A stretch of 64,000 bases of DNA from an uncultured Planctomycetaceae bacterium (GTDB lineage: Bacteria > Planctomycetota > Planctomycetia > Planctomycetales > Planctomycetaceae). Below, piece by piece: positions 1-10,130 of the stretch. A model generated the notes under the pieces. The model was not told the origin of the DNA. It ran no database searches and saw nothing but the letters and a program-made list of their open reading frames with translations. The position numbers and the translations under genes were made by a program. The stretch covers positions 96,001 through 160,000 of the forward strand of contig CAWFGE010000016.1 of NCBI GenBank assembly GCA_963815195.1, written 5' to 3'. Position 1 is the first letter of the stretch; each line of letters opens with the position of its first letter.

Positions 1-307
1 CCGGAGTTCGCTGCTGGTGGCCAGCTTGTACAAATCGGTCAACAATTCCTGTTCGACCTCGAACGAGATCTCGTGGTGCGTCTCGGTCCTGGGCTTGCGA
101 TGGGTGATCCGAACATCGACCAGGCGCGCCTTGATGATTTGTTCGTCCCGTTCCTTCGCGATCTGCGGCTTTTCGGTTGTTAAGGAGAATTGCCGCGAAC
201 CTTGAGTCAATTGCGCCTCGTACCGTGCCGCCGGGTCGTTGCCTGGCGGCGGTCCTCCCGGTCCAAATCCGGGCGGGCTGCCGAAGGGTCCGGGCGGCAT
301 TCCCCCC
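1..307 (-). pseudogene. Fragment of a Pro/Gly-rich hypothetical gene interrupted by IS21, running off the left window edge
   Basis: Minus frame is open from the IS21 end to position 1 (GGMPPGPFGSPPGFGPGGPPPGNDPAARYEAQLTQ...LYKLATSSELR). Not in the ORF track because no stop lies in the window. Confidence 0.6.
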
Positions 308-1152
308 TGTAAGGCGTCAATTAGTTCGGGTGCCTGAGCGTCGATTAGAGCGACCGAGCCTGGGGACTGCTGGCGCTTGAGCGTCAATTAAAACGACCGG
401 GGTCGGACGGGGCGGGATGTTGGACGAGGGACCACTTTCCCCGGAGCGTCAATTAAAACGACCGGGTAAGCTCCCGCGGCCGGCCCCGATTTGGCATGCT
501 ATCGCAAACTCTTGCATCAAGGAGGTTTGCGATGCTCAGCGACGCCAAGGCGGGACAGATGTTTGCTCTGCTTCATCAAGGGCAATCCGTGGCTCGGATT
601 GCCAAGACACTGCACATGGGAGAACGAACCATTCGCAAGTATCGGGATCAGGGGACACTCCCCAGTCAACAGCCCAAGTCGCCCAGAACGTACCGCACGC
701 GGACCGATCCGCTCGAACCGTTCTGGCCGGAAATCGAGGAGTTCTTGGAGAACGATCCCCGGCTCAGGCCGGTGGCCCTGTTGGATTGGCTCAAGCAGAA
801 ATACAACGCCCCCGAAACGGGAGAAGGGCCGATCAGCGATTCCCTCAGGCGGACGCTGGAGCGGCGGGTGCAGAAATGGAAGCTCCAGCACGGAGTTCAA
901 CACGAGGTCAAGTTTCCCCAGGTGCATCAACCCGGCGATGTGATCGCCTTCGACTTCGTCAACTTGAATGGCCTGGGCGTTACGATTGGCGGCCGAGCGT
1001 ACGATCATCTGCTGTTTCATTCGGTCTTCACGTATTCCAATTGGGAGCACGTTCACCTCTGTCATTCCGAGTCGTTTGAGGCCTTGTCCACAGGGCTTCA
1101 GGATGCCTTGCATTTGGCGGGGGGCGTGCCAACGCGGGTCCGCAGCGACAGC
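308..1152 (+). mobile_element. IS21-family remnant (left end plus 5' part of istA; istB and right end absent)
   Basis: Begins TGTAAGGCGTCAATTAG at 308, has reiterated subterminal repeats, and is followed by an IstA-like ORF that stops resembling IstA at RSDS (1141-1152). Confidence 0.8.
314..466 (+). repeat. Four subterminal direct repeats (GAGCGTCAATTAAAACGACCGGG consensus), putative IstA binding sites
   Basis: Copies at about 314, 336, 379 and 444; the last two are identical over 23 bp. Confidence 0.85.
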
Positions 1153-1389
1153 ACGACCACGCGCGAGTTTTACGATGACGGCCGCGGCACCAATTATGCC
1201 CAGGCCCGGTATCTGTGCTACTACCTGCAAGACCGCGGGCTGTTGGTGAAATACTATCACGCCTTCGTCAAAAACGCCGACAAAGATCCCACCGGCTACG
1301 ATACCTTAAAAACGATTCTCGGCGAACGCGACATGGCCGCGTTCCAGAAGCGCTGGGAGGAGTACGTCCTCAAACTGAAGCGCACTTAA
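532..1389 (+). CDS. istA: Chimeric ORF: truncated IS21 transposase IstA fused in frame to the C-terminus of an unrelated (DUF1570/peptidase-like) protein
   Basis: AAGGAGG RBS before ATG 532. IstA features: N-terminal HTH, RTYRTRTDP, HSESFEALSTGLQDAL, RSDS. Then abrupt switch to TTTREFY...TNYAQARYLCYYLQ...WEEYVLKL. Confidence 0.75.
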   Translation: MLSDAKAGQMFALLHQGQSVARIAKTLHMGERTIRKYRDQGTLPSQQPKSPRTYRTRTDPLEPFWPEIEEFLENDPRLRPVALLDWLKQKYNAPETGEGPISDSLRRTLERRVQKWKLQHGVQHEVKFPQVHQPGDVIAFDFVNLNGLGVTIGGRAYDHLLFHSVFTYSNWEHVHLCHSESFEALSTGLQDALHLAGGVPTRVRSDSTTTREFYDDGRGTNYAQARYLCYYLQDRGLLVKYYHAFVKNADKDPTGYDTLKTILGERDMAAFQKRWEEYVLKLKRT

Positions 1390-1426
1390 GCCGCCTGTCG
1401 CCGGATTGCATCTTGCACCGCCGCTG

Positions 1427-3277
1427 TTAGAGCCGGCCCAAGAGATAATCCAGACGGCGCTCGACCAGGCTGTCTTTTGCCCGGATTTTCTGCGGGTCGA
1501 TCTCGAACTTGTAACCGTGCGCGTCTTGCAAATAGACCACGGCATTTAATGTGATCAGCGTGGTCACCGGGGACTTGGATTCGCGGAGAACCTCATCGAG
1601 CGCCGGCCTGGGATCGACAGCCTGAATCGAGCCGAGAAACTCCGCCGCCCGCACGCGGACGAGCAGCTCCTTGTCGTTTAAGAGCTTCTTGGCTTCGCCC
1701 GCGAGTGGCGAAGCTTGTTCGCCGAAACAGCCGCAGGCAATCGCCGCCCAATACCGCTCCCAGGAATTCGCCGATTGAATCGCTTTTTGCAGTTTCGGCG
1801 CGGCGGCGGACCAGTCCTCTAAGCTCAAATCCGCAATGTCGACCAGTGTGGCAATTTCGTCCTTGTGTTTCTTACCAAAGGCGATCGGATTTGCAACGGC
1901 ATCTTCCACCAGCACGGTTTCGGGATAAAAACTCAAATCCGGCAGCGATTTCACGCGCTCCGCCAGCTTTCCGCGAAGGTCCTTGAGGATTTTCGAATAG
2001 CCGGGATCGTCGGCGAGGTTTTTGGTTTCGTAGGGATCTTGCTCCAAGTCGTACAAGCACTCGGCCGCTTTCCGCTGAAAGAATTGCTGCTGGACGGGGT
2101 TGAGTTTCCCTTCGCGAAACAGCGTCCGCCATTCTTCATAGGCGAGCATGCGGTAGCGGTAATTGTTTTGAAGCGCATCGGGATAATAAGCTTGATAGTT
2201 GCGAATATATTTGTAGCGGCCCTTTCGCAACGATCGGCAGAGATCGTACTTCTCGTCGAAGCGGTCCGCGTATCCAAAGGTTTCATCCCGCCGATTGAGA
2301 TCCTCGAGTTTGATATCGGCACCCAAGATGGGCGTGCCGTCCATATATTCGGGGACGTTGATGCCCGCGAGATGCAGGAGCGTCGGGCCGAAGTCCACGA
2401 AGCTCACAAAGCCTTTGACGCGGGTGCCGAGGGGCATCTGGACGAGATGTTTCCACTTGTCGGGAACGCGGACGACCAGCGGCACGTGGAGGCCGCTTTC
2501 ATAGAGATAGCCCTTGCTGCCGGGCAAGACGCCGCCGTGGTCGCCGAAGTAGAAGATGAAGGTGTCTTCCAAGAGGCCGTCTTTTTCCAAGTCGGCGATC
2601 GCGTTGCCGACGATGTCGTCCACCATGCCGATGCGGTCGTGATAGCGGGCGTGGGTGTAGCGAAACAGCGGTGTGTCGGGATGATTGGGGGCGAGTTGGA
2701 CCGTGTTCGGGTCGGTCTTCGTTTTGGTCGCCGCCATTTCCTTCTTCGAGAAATGCAGCGAGCTTTCGTGCGAGACGGGATAGGACGCCATGTGAAAGAA
2801 GGGCGTTTCCGGCGCGGGGCGGTTTCTCCAACTGGCCCGCTTCGAGGATTCGTCCCAGGCATCCTTTTGCTTGACGGTGTTATAGTCTTCCTTGGAATTG
2901 TTCGTGGTGTAATAGCCGGCCTGCCTCAGAGACCTCGGAAACAGATGCCAGCCTTCGGGCAGTGTGACGGGCTGGATTTTGCGGTGGAACTGGGTGCCGA
3001 GCCGGGGAGCATACACGCTCGTGGCGAGCGTGGTGCGGGCGACGGAACAAACCGGCGCGTTGGAAAACGCCCGCTCATAAAGGATCCCGTGCTCCGCCAT
3101 CCGCCGGATGTTGGGCGTCTCGGCCCCGTGCTCGTCAAACAGTTTTAAGTAGTGTTTCGAGTTGTCTTCCGAGACGATCCAGACAAAGTTGGGCCGTTCG
3201 CCCGCGCGGACTTTGAGATTCGCATTCGGGAAGAAGGCCAGAGCACTTAACACACTCAAAAGAAGGCATCGCATCAT
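1427..3277 (-). CDS. Secreted Cys-type sulfatase with C-terminal HEAT-like repeats
   Basis: Signal peptide, PNFVWIVSED, CSVAR formylglycine motif, GDHG, LYDLEQDPYE. Confidence 0.92.
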   Translation of the reverse strand: MMRCLLLSVLSALAFFPNANLKVRAGERPNFVWIVSEDNSKHYLKLFDEHGAETPNIRRMAEHGILYERAFSNAPVCSVARTTLATSVYAPRLGTQFHRKIQPVTLPEGWHLFPRSLRQAGYYTTNNSKEDYNTVKQKDAWDESSKRASWRNRPAPETPFFHMASYPVSHESSLHFSKKEMAATKTKTDPNTVQLAPNHPDTPLFRYTHARYHDRIGMVDDIVGNAIADLEKDGLLEDTFIFYFGDHGGVLPGSKGYLYESGLHVPLVVRVPDKWKHLVQMPLGTRVKGFVSFVDFGPTLLHLAGINVPEYMDGTPILGADIKLEDLNRRDETFGYADRFDEKYDLCRSLRKGRYKYIRNYQAYYPDALQNNYRYRMLAYEEWRTLFREGKLNPVQQQFFQRKAAECLYDLEQDPYETKNLADDPGYSKILKDLRGKLAERVKSLPDLSFYPETVLVEDAVANPIAFGKKHKDEIATLVDIADLSLEDWSAAAPKLQKAIQSANSWERYWAAIACGCFGEQASPLAGEAKKLLNDKELLVRVRAAEFLGSIQAVDPRPALDEVLRESKSPVTTLITLNAVVYLQDAHGYKFEIDPQKIRAKDSLVERRLDYLLGRL

Positions 3278-3401
3278 CGTTCGCGCTTTCGTGGGATGGA
3301 ATCACTATCTGTCTTGGAATCGAACGTTCCTTTGAGGTTACCGGTTTACTTTCGGGATTTCCATGCCCGCGATTTTTGGATTTTTTGATCCCGCGCGGAT
3401 G

Positions 3402-3498
3402 GGGTGGCACGACCCTGAGCGCAGCGAAGGGCGTGGCAAATCAAGGACATGCTAAACGCAAAATCCACGCCCAAGTTCCTACCGACTTTGCGTGACAC
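3402..3498. repeat. REP-like doublet (GGGTGGCACGACCCTGAGCGCAGCGAAGGGCGTGG family), right arm degenerate
   Basis: Left arm matches the intact doublet at 63313-63392. Confidence 0.7.
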
Positions 3499-3603
3499 AT
3501 ACATTTTTTCGATCCCGCGCGGGCGAATTCGCGTGGTTTGCGGTATGATTCCTGCCGATTCATCCAAACCGGACCGGACATACCTTTTGGGGAGCGAAAA
3601 TCC

Positions 3604-4372
3604 ATGCGGTCAAGCAAAACGCGCGCGAGGTTCCGAAACAACGAAGTGGTTCGCCTCTGCGCACTCGGGAGTTTCATTCCGTCCTACATTTCGCACGCGG
3701 CCCACTTTGGTTTTGATTGCATCTGGCTCGACCTCGAGCACCGCCCCATGCACGATCGGGAAGTGCAGGCGCTCTTGGCGTATTTTCATTTGTACGACAT
3801 CGACTGCATGCTCCGGCCGCCCACGCTCGAAAAGACACGCCTGTACCGCTACCTGGAGGATGGGGCGACGGGCTTGATGATCCCGCACGTCTCCACGCGG
3901 GAGAAAGCCCAGATGCTCGCGGACGCCGTGAAGTTCCCGCCCCTGGGCGACCGCGGGCTGGACGGGGCCGGCTTGGACAGCGACTATTATCTCCAAGGCG
4001 GCCCCGATTTTCCCGCCCAGGCGAATGCCGAAACGTTTCTCGTTGTGCAGATCGAAACGCCAGAGGCGATCGAAAACGTGGACGCCATCGCGTCGGTTCC
4101 GGGCGTGGATGGAATGTTTGTCGGGCCGGGCGATCTGGGACTCCGGCTCAAACATTCCGAGGGCGGCGCCGACGCTGGAGGAGTGTTTTGAACGCGTCGC
4201 TCAGGCGGCCCGGAAGCACGGCAAGGCGTGGGGTTGCCCCGTCGCCACGCCCGAGGACATGCAAAAACGCTACGACCAGGGCGGGCGGCTTTTGGCCCAC
4301 GGCGGCGAGTTTTTCGCGCTGATGCGCATGCTCGAACAATCCGCGGCGGATTTCGATTCGCTCAAAACGTAG
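3604..4372 (+). CDS. HpcH/HpaI aldolase family protein (one frameshift near 4165)
   Basis: WLDLEH, VQIETPEA and FVGPGDL motifs. C-terminus (LEECFERVAQAARKHGKAWG) continues in the 4025..4372 frame. Confidence 0.85.
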
Positions 4373-4534
4373 CGTTTGTCATGGCGAATCCTTCGGGGAC
4401 GTCTTGACTGGACCGTGCCCATCTTCACCATTCAAGTGAGGTTTGAGGTGAGAGGATGGCAAGTGAAATGGCGGCTATCCACTAACCTCCATCCACTATC
4501 CTCATCCCCAGCCGCGGCAACGTGTCGATAGCGC

Positions 4535-5320
4535 TCAGGCGGCTTTGTTGCGTTTCCTGGTCAGCTTCTGGTTGAGCCGTTGCATGCCGCGGATCCAGCG
4601 GTCGTAGTTGTCGGCTTTCATTTGAAAGAACTCCGCGACCTGCGGGTGCGGGAGGATCAGGAAAGTTTCTTCCGCGATGCCGCAAACGACGGCCTCGGCC
4701 GCGTCCGCAGGAGAGATGGACTGCACCTGCAGGAACTGGTGGATGGGGTCGTCGGGATCGAGCATGTCGGTCTCCACGCCCAAGGGGCACACGCACGAAA
4801 CGGCGATTCCCCGCCGGCCGTATTGCACCGACAGCCATTCCGCGAGCGCAAGGTCGGCGTGCTTGGTGACGGAATAGGCCGCGGAACCGATCTCCGTGAG
4901 CAGCCCCGCGGCGGAGGCCACGTGCACCAGAAACCCGCCGCCCTGCTCGAGCATGTTAGGAACGACCGCGCGGGCCGCGTACAGGCGGGACATCACGTTG
5001 ACTTCCCACAGCCGCTGCCAATCGGCGTCGGCCGTTTCGAGACCGCCTTTGGTGGTGATGCCCGCGTTGGAAACGAACAGGTCGATCCGGCCGAAGGCGT
5101 CCAGCGTGTGGCGGACGAGGGTTTGCACGTCGGCTTCCACGCCCACATCACAGCGAACCGCGATGCCCCCGACGGCGTCGGCGACTTCGCGGGCGGCGGA
5201 AACATCCCGATCGGACACGATGATTCCGCCCGCGTGTTCCTCGGCGAATCGCTCGCAGAGAGCCCGCCCGATTCCCCGGCCGCCGCCCGTAACGACCGCG
5301 ACTTTGCCCGCAATTTGCAT
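4535..5320 (-). CDS. SDR family oxidoreductase
   Basis: TGGGRGIG, SNAG and YSVTK motifs. Confidence 0.92.
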   Translation of the reverse strand: MQIAGKVAVVTGGGRGIGRALCERFAEEHAGGIIVSDRDVSAAREVADAVGGIAVRCDVGVEADVQTLVRHTLDAFGRIDLFVSNAGITTKGGLETADADWQRLWEVNVMSRLYAARAVVPNMLEQGGGFLVHVASAAGLLTEIGSAAYSVTKHADLALAEWLSVQYGRRGIAVSCVCPLGVETDMLDPDDPIHQFLQVQSISPADAAEAVVCGIAEETFLILPHPQVAEFFQMKADNYDRWIRGMQRLNQKLTRKRNKAA

Positions 5321-5453
5321 AGAGGTTCCCTTTCGATGTCCCTGAAAAGCAAGGGAAAATAGCAAATCCGCGGAACGAAGCCAACGGCAGAATCAGGGTG
5401 CACAAAAGCACGAGTCTGTGGAATTGGTGAAATTGCAACTGGGGACAGCCGTC

Positions 5454-5482
5454 TTGACAGGATTGGGGGCGCGGCTTAATGT
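5454..5482 (+). promoter_or_regulatory. Putative sigma70 promoter for the DegT gene
   Basis: TTGACA (5454-5459), 17-bp spacer, TAATGT (5477-5482). Confidence 0.5.
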
Positions 5483-5545
5483 ACCGGCCTCTTTCCTCTC
5501 TCGATCTCACAACTTCCCAGTCTCTTCCGCGAATGGAGTCGCTGT

Positions 5546-6760
5546 ATGGCTGAGGGCTATTCAGACGCGCAGATCTGCCAACCTGTCCCAATGATCGATC
5601 TCGTCGCGCAGCATCAAACGATCGCAGACGATGTGATGCAGGCTGTCGCGGACGTGTTTCAGTCGCAGAGTTTCGTGCTGGGGGAAACGGTCGCGGATTT
5701 TGAAGACGCCGTCGCTCGCTATTGCGATTCCCGGCACGCCATCGGCTGCGCGTCCGGCACCGATGCTTTGATCCTCGCCTTGATGGCCCTCGACATCGGC
5801 CCGGGCTCTGAAGTCATCACGTCCCCATTCACGTTTTTCGCCACCGCCAGCTCGATCGCCCGCGTGGGAGCCACGCCCGTGTTTGTGGACATCGATCCGG
5901 TGAGCTTCAACATGGATCCCGAACTCGTCGAAGCCGCAATCACGCCCCGCACCAAAGCGATCATGCCGGTGCATCTCTTCGGCCAATGCGTGGAAATGGA
6001 CCCGCTGTGGCGGATGGCGACCCAGCGGGGCATCGCAATCATTGAAGACGCGTGCCAGGCCATCGGTTCGGAATACCAAGGCCGGCGGGCCGGCGTCTTG
6101 GGGCGGATCGGCTGTTTCAGTTTCTTCCCGACCAAAAACCTCGGCGGGGCCGGCGACGGAGGGATGATGACTTGCGATGATCCCGAACTGGCCCACCGTC
6201 TCAAGCATCTCCGCGTGCACGGCGACGTGGGACGTTATCAGCACATCGAGGTCGGACTTAACAGCCGGCTGGATGCCCTCCAAGCCGCGATTCTGCATGT
6301 GAAGCTGCGGTTCCTCGATCAATGGACAAAAGCCAGGCAGGACAACGCGGCGTATTACCAAAATCTGTTCGCCGAAGCCGATTTGCTCGATGCCCTGGAA
6401 CCGCCGCGGGAATGGCCGCACCGGCGACATATTTACAATCAATATTGTATTCGCGTCAAAAACGGACGCAGGGACGAGGTGCTCGCGTCGCTCCGCGAGC
6501 AACACATCGGAGCGGCCATCTACTATCCGCAGGCTCTGCATCTGCAGAAATGTTTCGAGTCGTTGGGCTATAAGGCGGGAGATTTTCCGGTCTCGGAACG
6601 CACCTGTGAAGAGATCCTCGCGCTCCCCATTTATGCGGAACTCACGCGGGCCCAACAAGAAACGGTCGTTCGCGGCCTCGCGAAAGCCCTCGGCCGAACC
6701 CTGCCCGCCGCCGATTTTCGCACGTCTCCGGACGCGGCGATTCAAAAGCGCGTCGCGTAA
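5546..6760 (+). CDS. DegT/DnrJ/EryC1/StrS PLP-dependent aminotransferase
   Basis: SGTDAL, IEDACQAIG, SFFPTKNLGGAGDGG, NSRLDALQAA. Confidence 0.95.
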   Translation: MAEGYSDAQICQPVPMIDLVAQHQTIADDVMQAVADVFQSQSFVLGETVADFEDAVARYCDSRHAIGCASGTDALILALMALDIGPGSEVITSPFTFFATASSIARVGATPVFVDIDPVSFNMDPELVEAAITPRTKAIMPVHLFGQCVEMDPLWRMATQRGIAIIEDACQAIGSEYQGRRAGVLGRIGCFSFFPTKNLGGAGDGGMMTCDDPELAHRLKHLRVHGDVGRYQHIEVGLNSRLDALQAAILHVKLRFLDQWTKARQDNAAYYQNLFAEADLLDALEPPREWPHRRHIYNQYCIRVKNGRRDEVLASLREQHIGAAIYYPQALHLQKCFESLGYKAGDFPVSERTCEEILALPIYAELTRAQQETVVRGLAKALGRTLPAADFRTSPDAAIQKRVA

Positions 6761-7077
6761 GTGAGCGGCCCGGCGGTAGCCGCCGGTCTTGAGTTTTGAA
6801 GAGTTTCCGCCCGCTGGCAAGAGAATTGCTTCCCAAAAGAACCCGCCGGCCGGCGGGTTCGTTAAGGCTTCCCCAGTTTCCCCAGATGTGGAACCTGGCG
6901 GGGAATTGGGAAAAACCGGCGGAATCGGACGTCGGCACGCCCCCACGGACGGTTTGGCGTTCGTACAATCTCATGGATTGAGCTGATCGGCGCATCAATT
7001 GACGATGCGCTTTCCAGGCATTCGTTCTCGAAGGATCGGGAGTCGAATGACAGGAATCTGTTGCGAAGGCTTGTTCC

Positions 7078-8892
7078 ATGAATCGCGAACTCGCTCCTTG
7101 GGGGGTATCCGTTTCCATCTGCCGATCCCTGGTTTTGCTCGGGATTTTTGGGGGCATCGTCCCTCAGGCGCCATCCGCCGCGGAAACTCCGGCCGCCGAA
7201 GCTTCGCATCCGAAACACGAGCATTCCCACGAAGTCGCCGCTCCCTCGGCTCCCGATCCGCTCGCACAGCCGACGGCGATCGTGCTCAATTACTGCCGGG
7301 CGTCTTTTCACCGGATTCAAAAAACTCCGTCCAAGCGGGTCCTGCTCGAAGAGCAGGAAAAGATTCTCAACAATCTGAATCTCAACCCGATCGCGGATGC
7401 GGAGATCATTCGGCTGTACACGGCCGTTTTGTCAGAAATCGCCGACGTGCAAATTGCCGACACCGAGCAGGAAGTCATCCGCACGCAGCACCGCCGGGCG
7501 GTCGTGCACGACCTGGCGATCAGCGCGCTCGCCATTGGCGGGCAGGTCGCGACGACGCAATACGTCGGCGCGCTCAAAACCGGGGCCGCGAGTTGGTGGG
7601 ATTACCGCACGCTGGTCTTCAACCGCGAGCTGGCCCTGTGGCGGGTGGACAAGGACCGCATCGTCGCGTTTGTGGACAAGTCGTCGCTGTTTCTGGACAC
7701 GTTCTGGAAGCTCGCCCGCAAACGCGGAATCCCCGATGAATGGCTGATCCGCAACAACGACCTCGACCAGCTCGCGGCCGCGATGGCCGAGCCCCGCCCC
7801 GACGTGCGGCTGCGCGTGCTCAAGCGGATGGAACGCTTCATGGAGTGCTATCCGCCTTACTGGTATTACGTCGCCCGCACGCAGCAGGCCTTGGGGCAAT
7901 TCCCCGAGGCTTTGGAAACCTATCATCATCTGGAATCGTTGGGCGATCAGTATTTCCGCAAGGATGAAATGCTCGCGGCGGCGTTCGCGAACCAGGCGCT
8001 GCTTGAAGACCATCTCGGCCGGGACACCGCGGTCGAGACCGCCGGGAAAGCGCTGCGCTATTCCACCGACGTCTGGGAAGTCAACTTGATGTGCGGCGTG
8101 CTGCTGTTGAAGCACGGCCGGCACGCGGACGCCGAGGATGCCATCCTCCGCAACCTCGACGTGGATCTGGAAACCCAGCAAAGCCTGGTGGCGCTCTTGG
8201 CCGTGTATCACGTATCCGCGGACACGCGGAAGCTCAGAGAACGCCTCAGCAAACCGGACATCGCGCGGACGATCCCGGCTCCGCTCTTATTGGAGTGCGT
8301 GGGCCTGTTGGGCACGGGAAACATTCCGCAGGCCACGCTCGCGCAAATCTTCCGCTCGCTCGCGGGGGATTTCGATCGGCACTTCGGCCCGGATGACTTT
8401 CGGCTCGAAGCCCTTCCCGGCTGGCAACTGGACCGGGCGAAGCTCTCGCTGTCCGTCGGCGGAAAAACCGCCGGCGAACCCGTGGTCTCCATCGAAACCG
8501 ATAAGCACAAACTCCGCTTCGCCCGCATCGCCGAGCGGGGCACCCCTCTGCAAGCCGCCGCGCCCCCGGTGCAGGTCGTGCTGACCGTCAAATATCCCGA
8601 AACCGAAACCATGCACCTGCATCTTCAGGAGCTTTCGACGCGAACGCTCAAGACACTGACGGGCGAAAGCGAAACCGGCATCCGCTGGCCGCTCTTATCG
8701 AACAGCGACTACCGCATCGTCGCGGTGGATCTCCACGGAAAACGCGTGACGCTCACCACGACTCCGAATCCGCTCCCCGCGCCAAAAGCCGAGCACGCCA
8801 CCCCAATCCCGGTGAGCAAACCGCCCGAAGTTCCCGCCCCCGCCCCCGCACCGCCAAATGACGCCCACCTCCCCCTGGTCCCGGCGTTTTGA
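7078..8892 (+). CDS. Secreted hypothetical protein with TPR-like helical repeats and Pro-rich tail
   Basis: 604 aa, signal-like N-terminus, helical segments such as WYYVARTQQALGQFPEALETY. Confidence 0.7.
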   Translation: MNRELAPWGVSVSICRSLVLLGIFGGIVPQAPSAAETPAAEASHPKHEHSHEVAAPSAPDPLAQPTAIVLNYCRASFHRIQKTPSKRVLLEEQEKILNNLNLNPIADAEIIRLYTAVLSEIADVQIADTEQEVIRTQHRRAVVHDLAISALAIGGQVATTQYVGALKTGAASWWDYRTLVFNRELALWRVDKDRIVAFVDKSSLFLDTFWKLARKRGIPDEWLIRNNDLDQLAAAMAEPRPDVRLRVLKRMERFMECYPPYWYYVARTQQALGQFPEALETYHHLESLGDQYFRKDEMLAAAFANQALLEDHLGRDTAVETAGKALRYSTDVWEVNLMCGVLLLKHGRHADAEDAILRNLDVDLETQQSLVALLAVYHVSADTRKLRERLSKPDIARTIPAPLLLECVGLLGTGNIPQATLAQIFRSLAGDFDRHFGPDDFRLEALPGWQLDRAKLSLSVGGKTAGEPVVSIETDKHKLRFARIAERGTPLQAAAPPVQVVLTVKYPETETMHLHLQELSTRTLKTLTGESETGIRWPLLSNSDYRIVAVDLHGKRVTLTTTPNPLPAPKAEHATPIPVSKPPEVPAPAPAPPNDAHLPLVPAF

Positions 8893-8915
8893 ACGGAAAA
8901 CCTCAGTCGCCCTGA

Positions 8916-9317
8916 GCAGAACTAGAGGATGTTATAGCGCGGTATTCTGTAGGAGAACTGACAGATGTTGTAACGGCTGCGCTCGATGTCATAGCGGAGG
9001 ATTATTCGAATGATATAGACATACAAAAGGCAATTCAGGCATACAAAGCTGGCCAATATCCGTCTCAGTCCCTTGCGAATCAAATATCAACAAAGGCGAT
9101 AGAATGCGATGAGGCGTATTCATTTCTTGAACAGGAAGGGAAGCTCGTAGAATCCGCGGCCTCTTTTCGAAAGATGTGTGTGCTGAATGGACTGCACTCA
9201 TTGTTTGCGGCCAATATCATCTCGATTGAAGTCGTTGACAACTTTATTTATGACCTTGGACACGGAGCATCGTCCACCGATGAGTTTGCCGAGAAGATGT
9301 TAGAGAAACTTCGATAA
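8916..9317 (+). pseudogene. 5'-truncated AT-richer ORF (133 codons, no 5' start), acidic and helical
   Basis: Frame open from after TGA 8913-15 to TAA 9315-17: AELEDVIARYSVGELTDVV...FIYDLGHGASSTDEFAEKMLEKLR. Missed by the ORF track. Confidence 0.55.
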
Positions 9318-9360
9318 CACGGGTTGGTGGAAACCTCGGCACAAATCTGACCTACATCGG

Positions 9361-9519
9361 CGCCGGGTGCCACTGGCAGCTTGCCTGCCAGTGTGAATCG
9401 GATGAACCAATCAAGTTTTGAAACGTCCCCCGATTCCATGCTGCTGGAAAGCACTGGCAATAAGTTGCCAGTGGCACCCGAAAGACTCTTAGCAACAACC
9501 CGCGCTGACAGTGCCACCC
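9361..9519. repeat. REPIN-like element copy 1 (GGGTGCCACTGGC...GCCAGTG inverted doublet with CAGTGCCACCC tail)
   Basis: Two inverted palindromic units; same architecture as 11401-11567. Confidence 0.8.
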
Positions 9520-9768
9520 TGCCGTGGTTGCTTCTTCGCCGACATCGACAACCGCTATCCTGTTGAACGGTGCCATCTGAAATCGTGTTGTGAGCCATTT
9601 GAGAAAACCCATGTTGGCCTCGGCAATCACCGTTTCGTTGTGATAAGAGAATCTGCAAACTGCCGCAAATGAACTGATAACTGAACAGCATCTTCGGATG
9701 TAACGGCTCAGTTCGAACTGGAATTTCTGGCTGGTTGGGTTAGTCTATTCTTATGAGAGGACCGACCC

Positions 9769-10092
9769 ATGAGCAACAGCAAACGACGTCATTTTACGCC
9801 CGAGCAGAAAGCCGAGGTTGTCAGGCGGCATCTGTCGGGGAAGGAACCCGTCTCCAAACTCGCTGAGGAGCTTGGGGTGCAGCCGAGCCAGATTCATGCG
9901 TGGGTGAACCTGGTTCTGGCGCAGGCGGAGCGGGCATTCGAGAAGTCTCAGCAGAATGGACGCGCGCGGACGGACAAGGTCAAGGACCGCCGCATCGAAC
10001 AGCTCGAAGGTAAGATCGCCGACAAGAACGAAGTGATCGCCGAGTTAATGGAGGCGAACGTTCGCGCAAAAAAAGAGCTTGGGGAACTCTAA
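9769..10092 (+). CDS. IS3 transposase OrfA (HTH)
   Basis: RRHFTPEQKAEVV HTH plus coiled coil. A7G slippery site at 10068-10075 leads into the -1 frame of OrfB. Confidence 0.9.
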   Translation: MSNSKRRHFTPEQKAEVVRRHLSGKEPVSKLAEELGVQPSQIHAWVNLVLAQAERAFEKSQQNGRARTDKVKDRRIEQLEGKIADKNEVIAELMEANVRAKKELGEL

Positions 10093-10130
10093 AAGGAGGC
10101 TGGGTTCCCCACGACACGCGCGACGAAATC

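Noticed and set aside
314..466. Spaced 23-bp repeats resembling a mini-CRISPR or iterons
   Set aside because: Irregular spacing and a position inside an IS21 left end explain them as transposase binding sites.
8969..8978. TGTAACGGCT identical to the first 10 nt of the IS3 left end
   Set aside because: The match does not extend and lies inside an open frame; probably chance.
9248..9691. ORFs 9248..9691, 9352..9630, 9381..9566 and 11469..11750
   Set aside because: They read through REP palindromes; at most short remnants.
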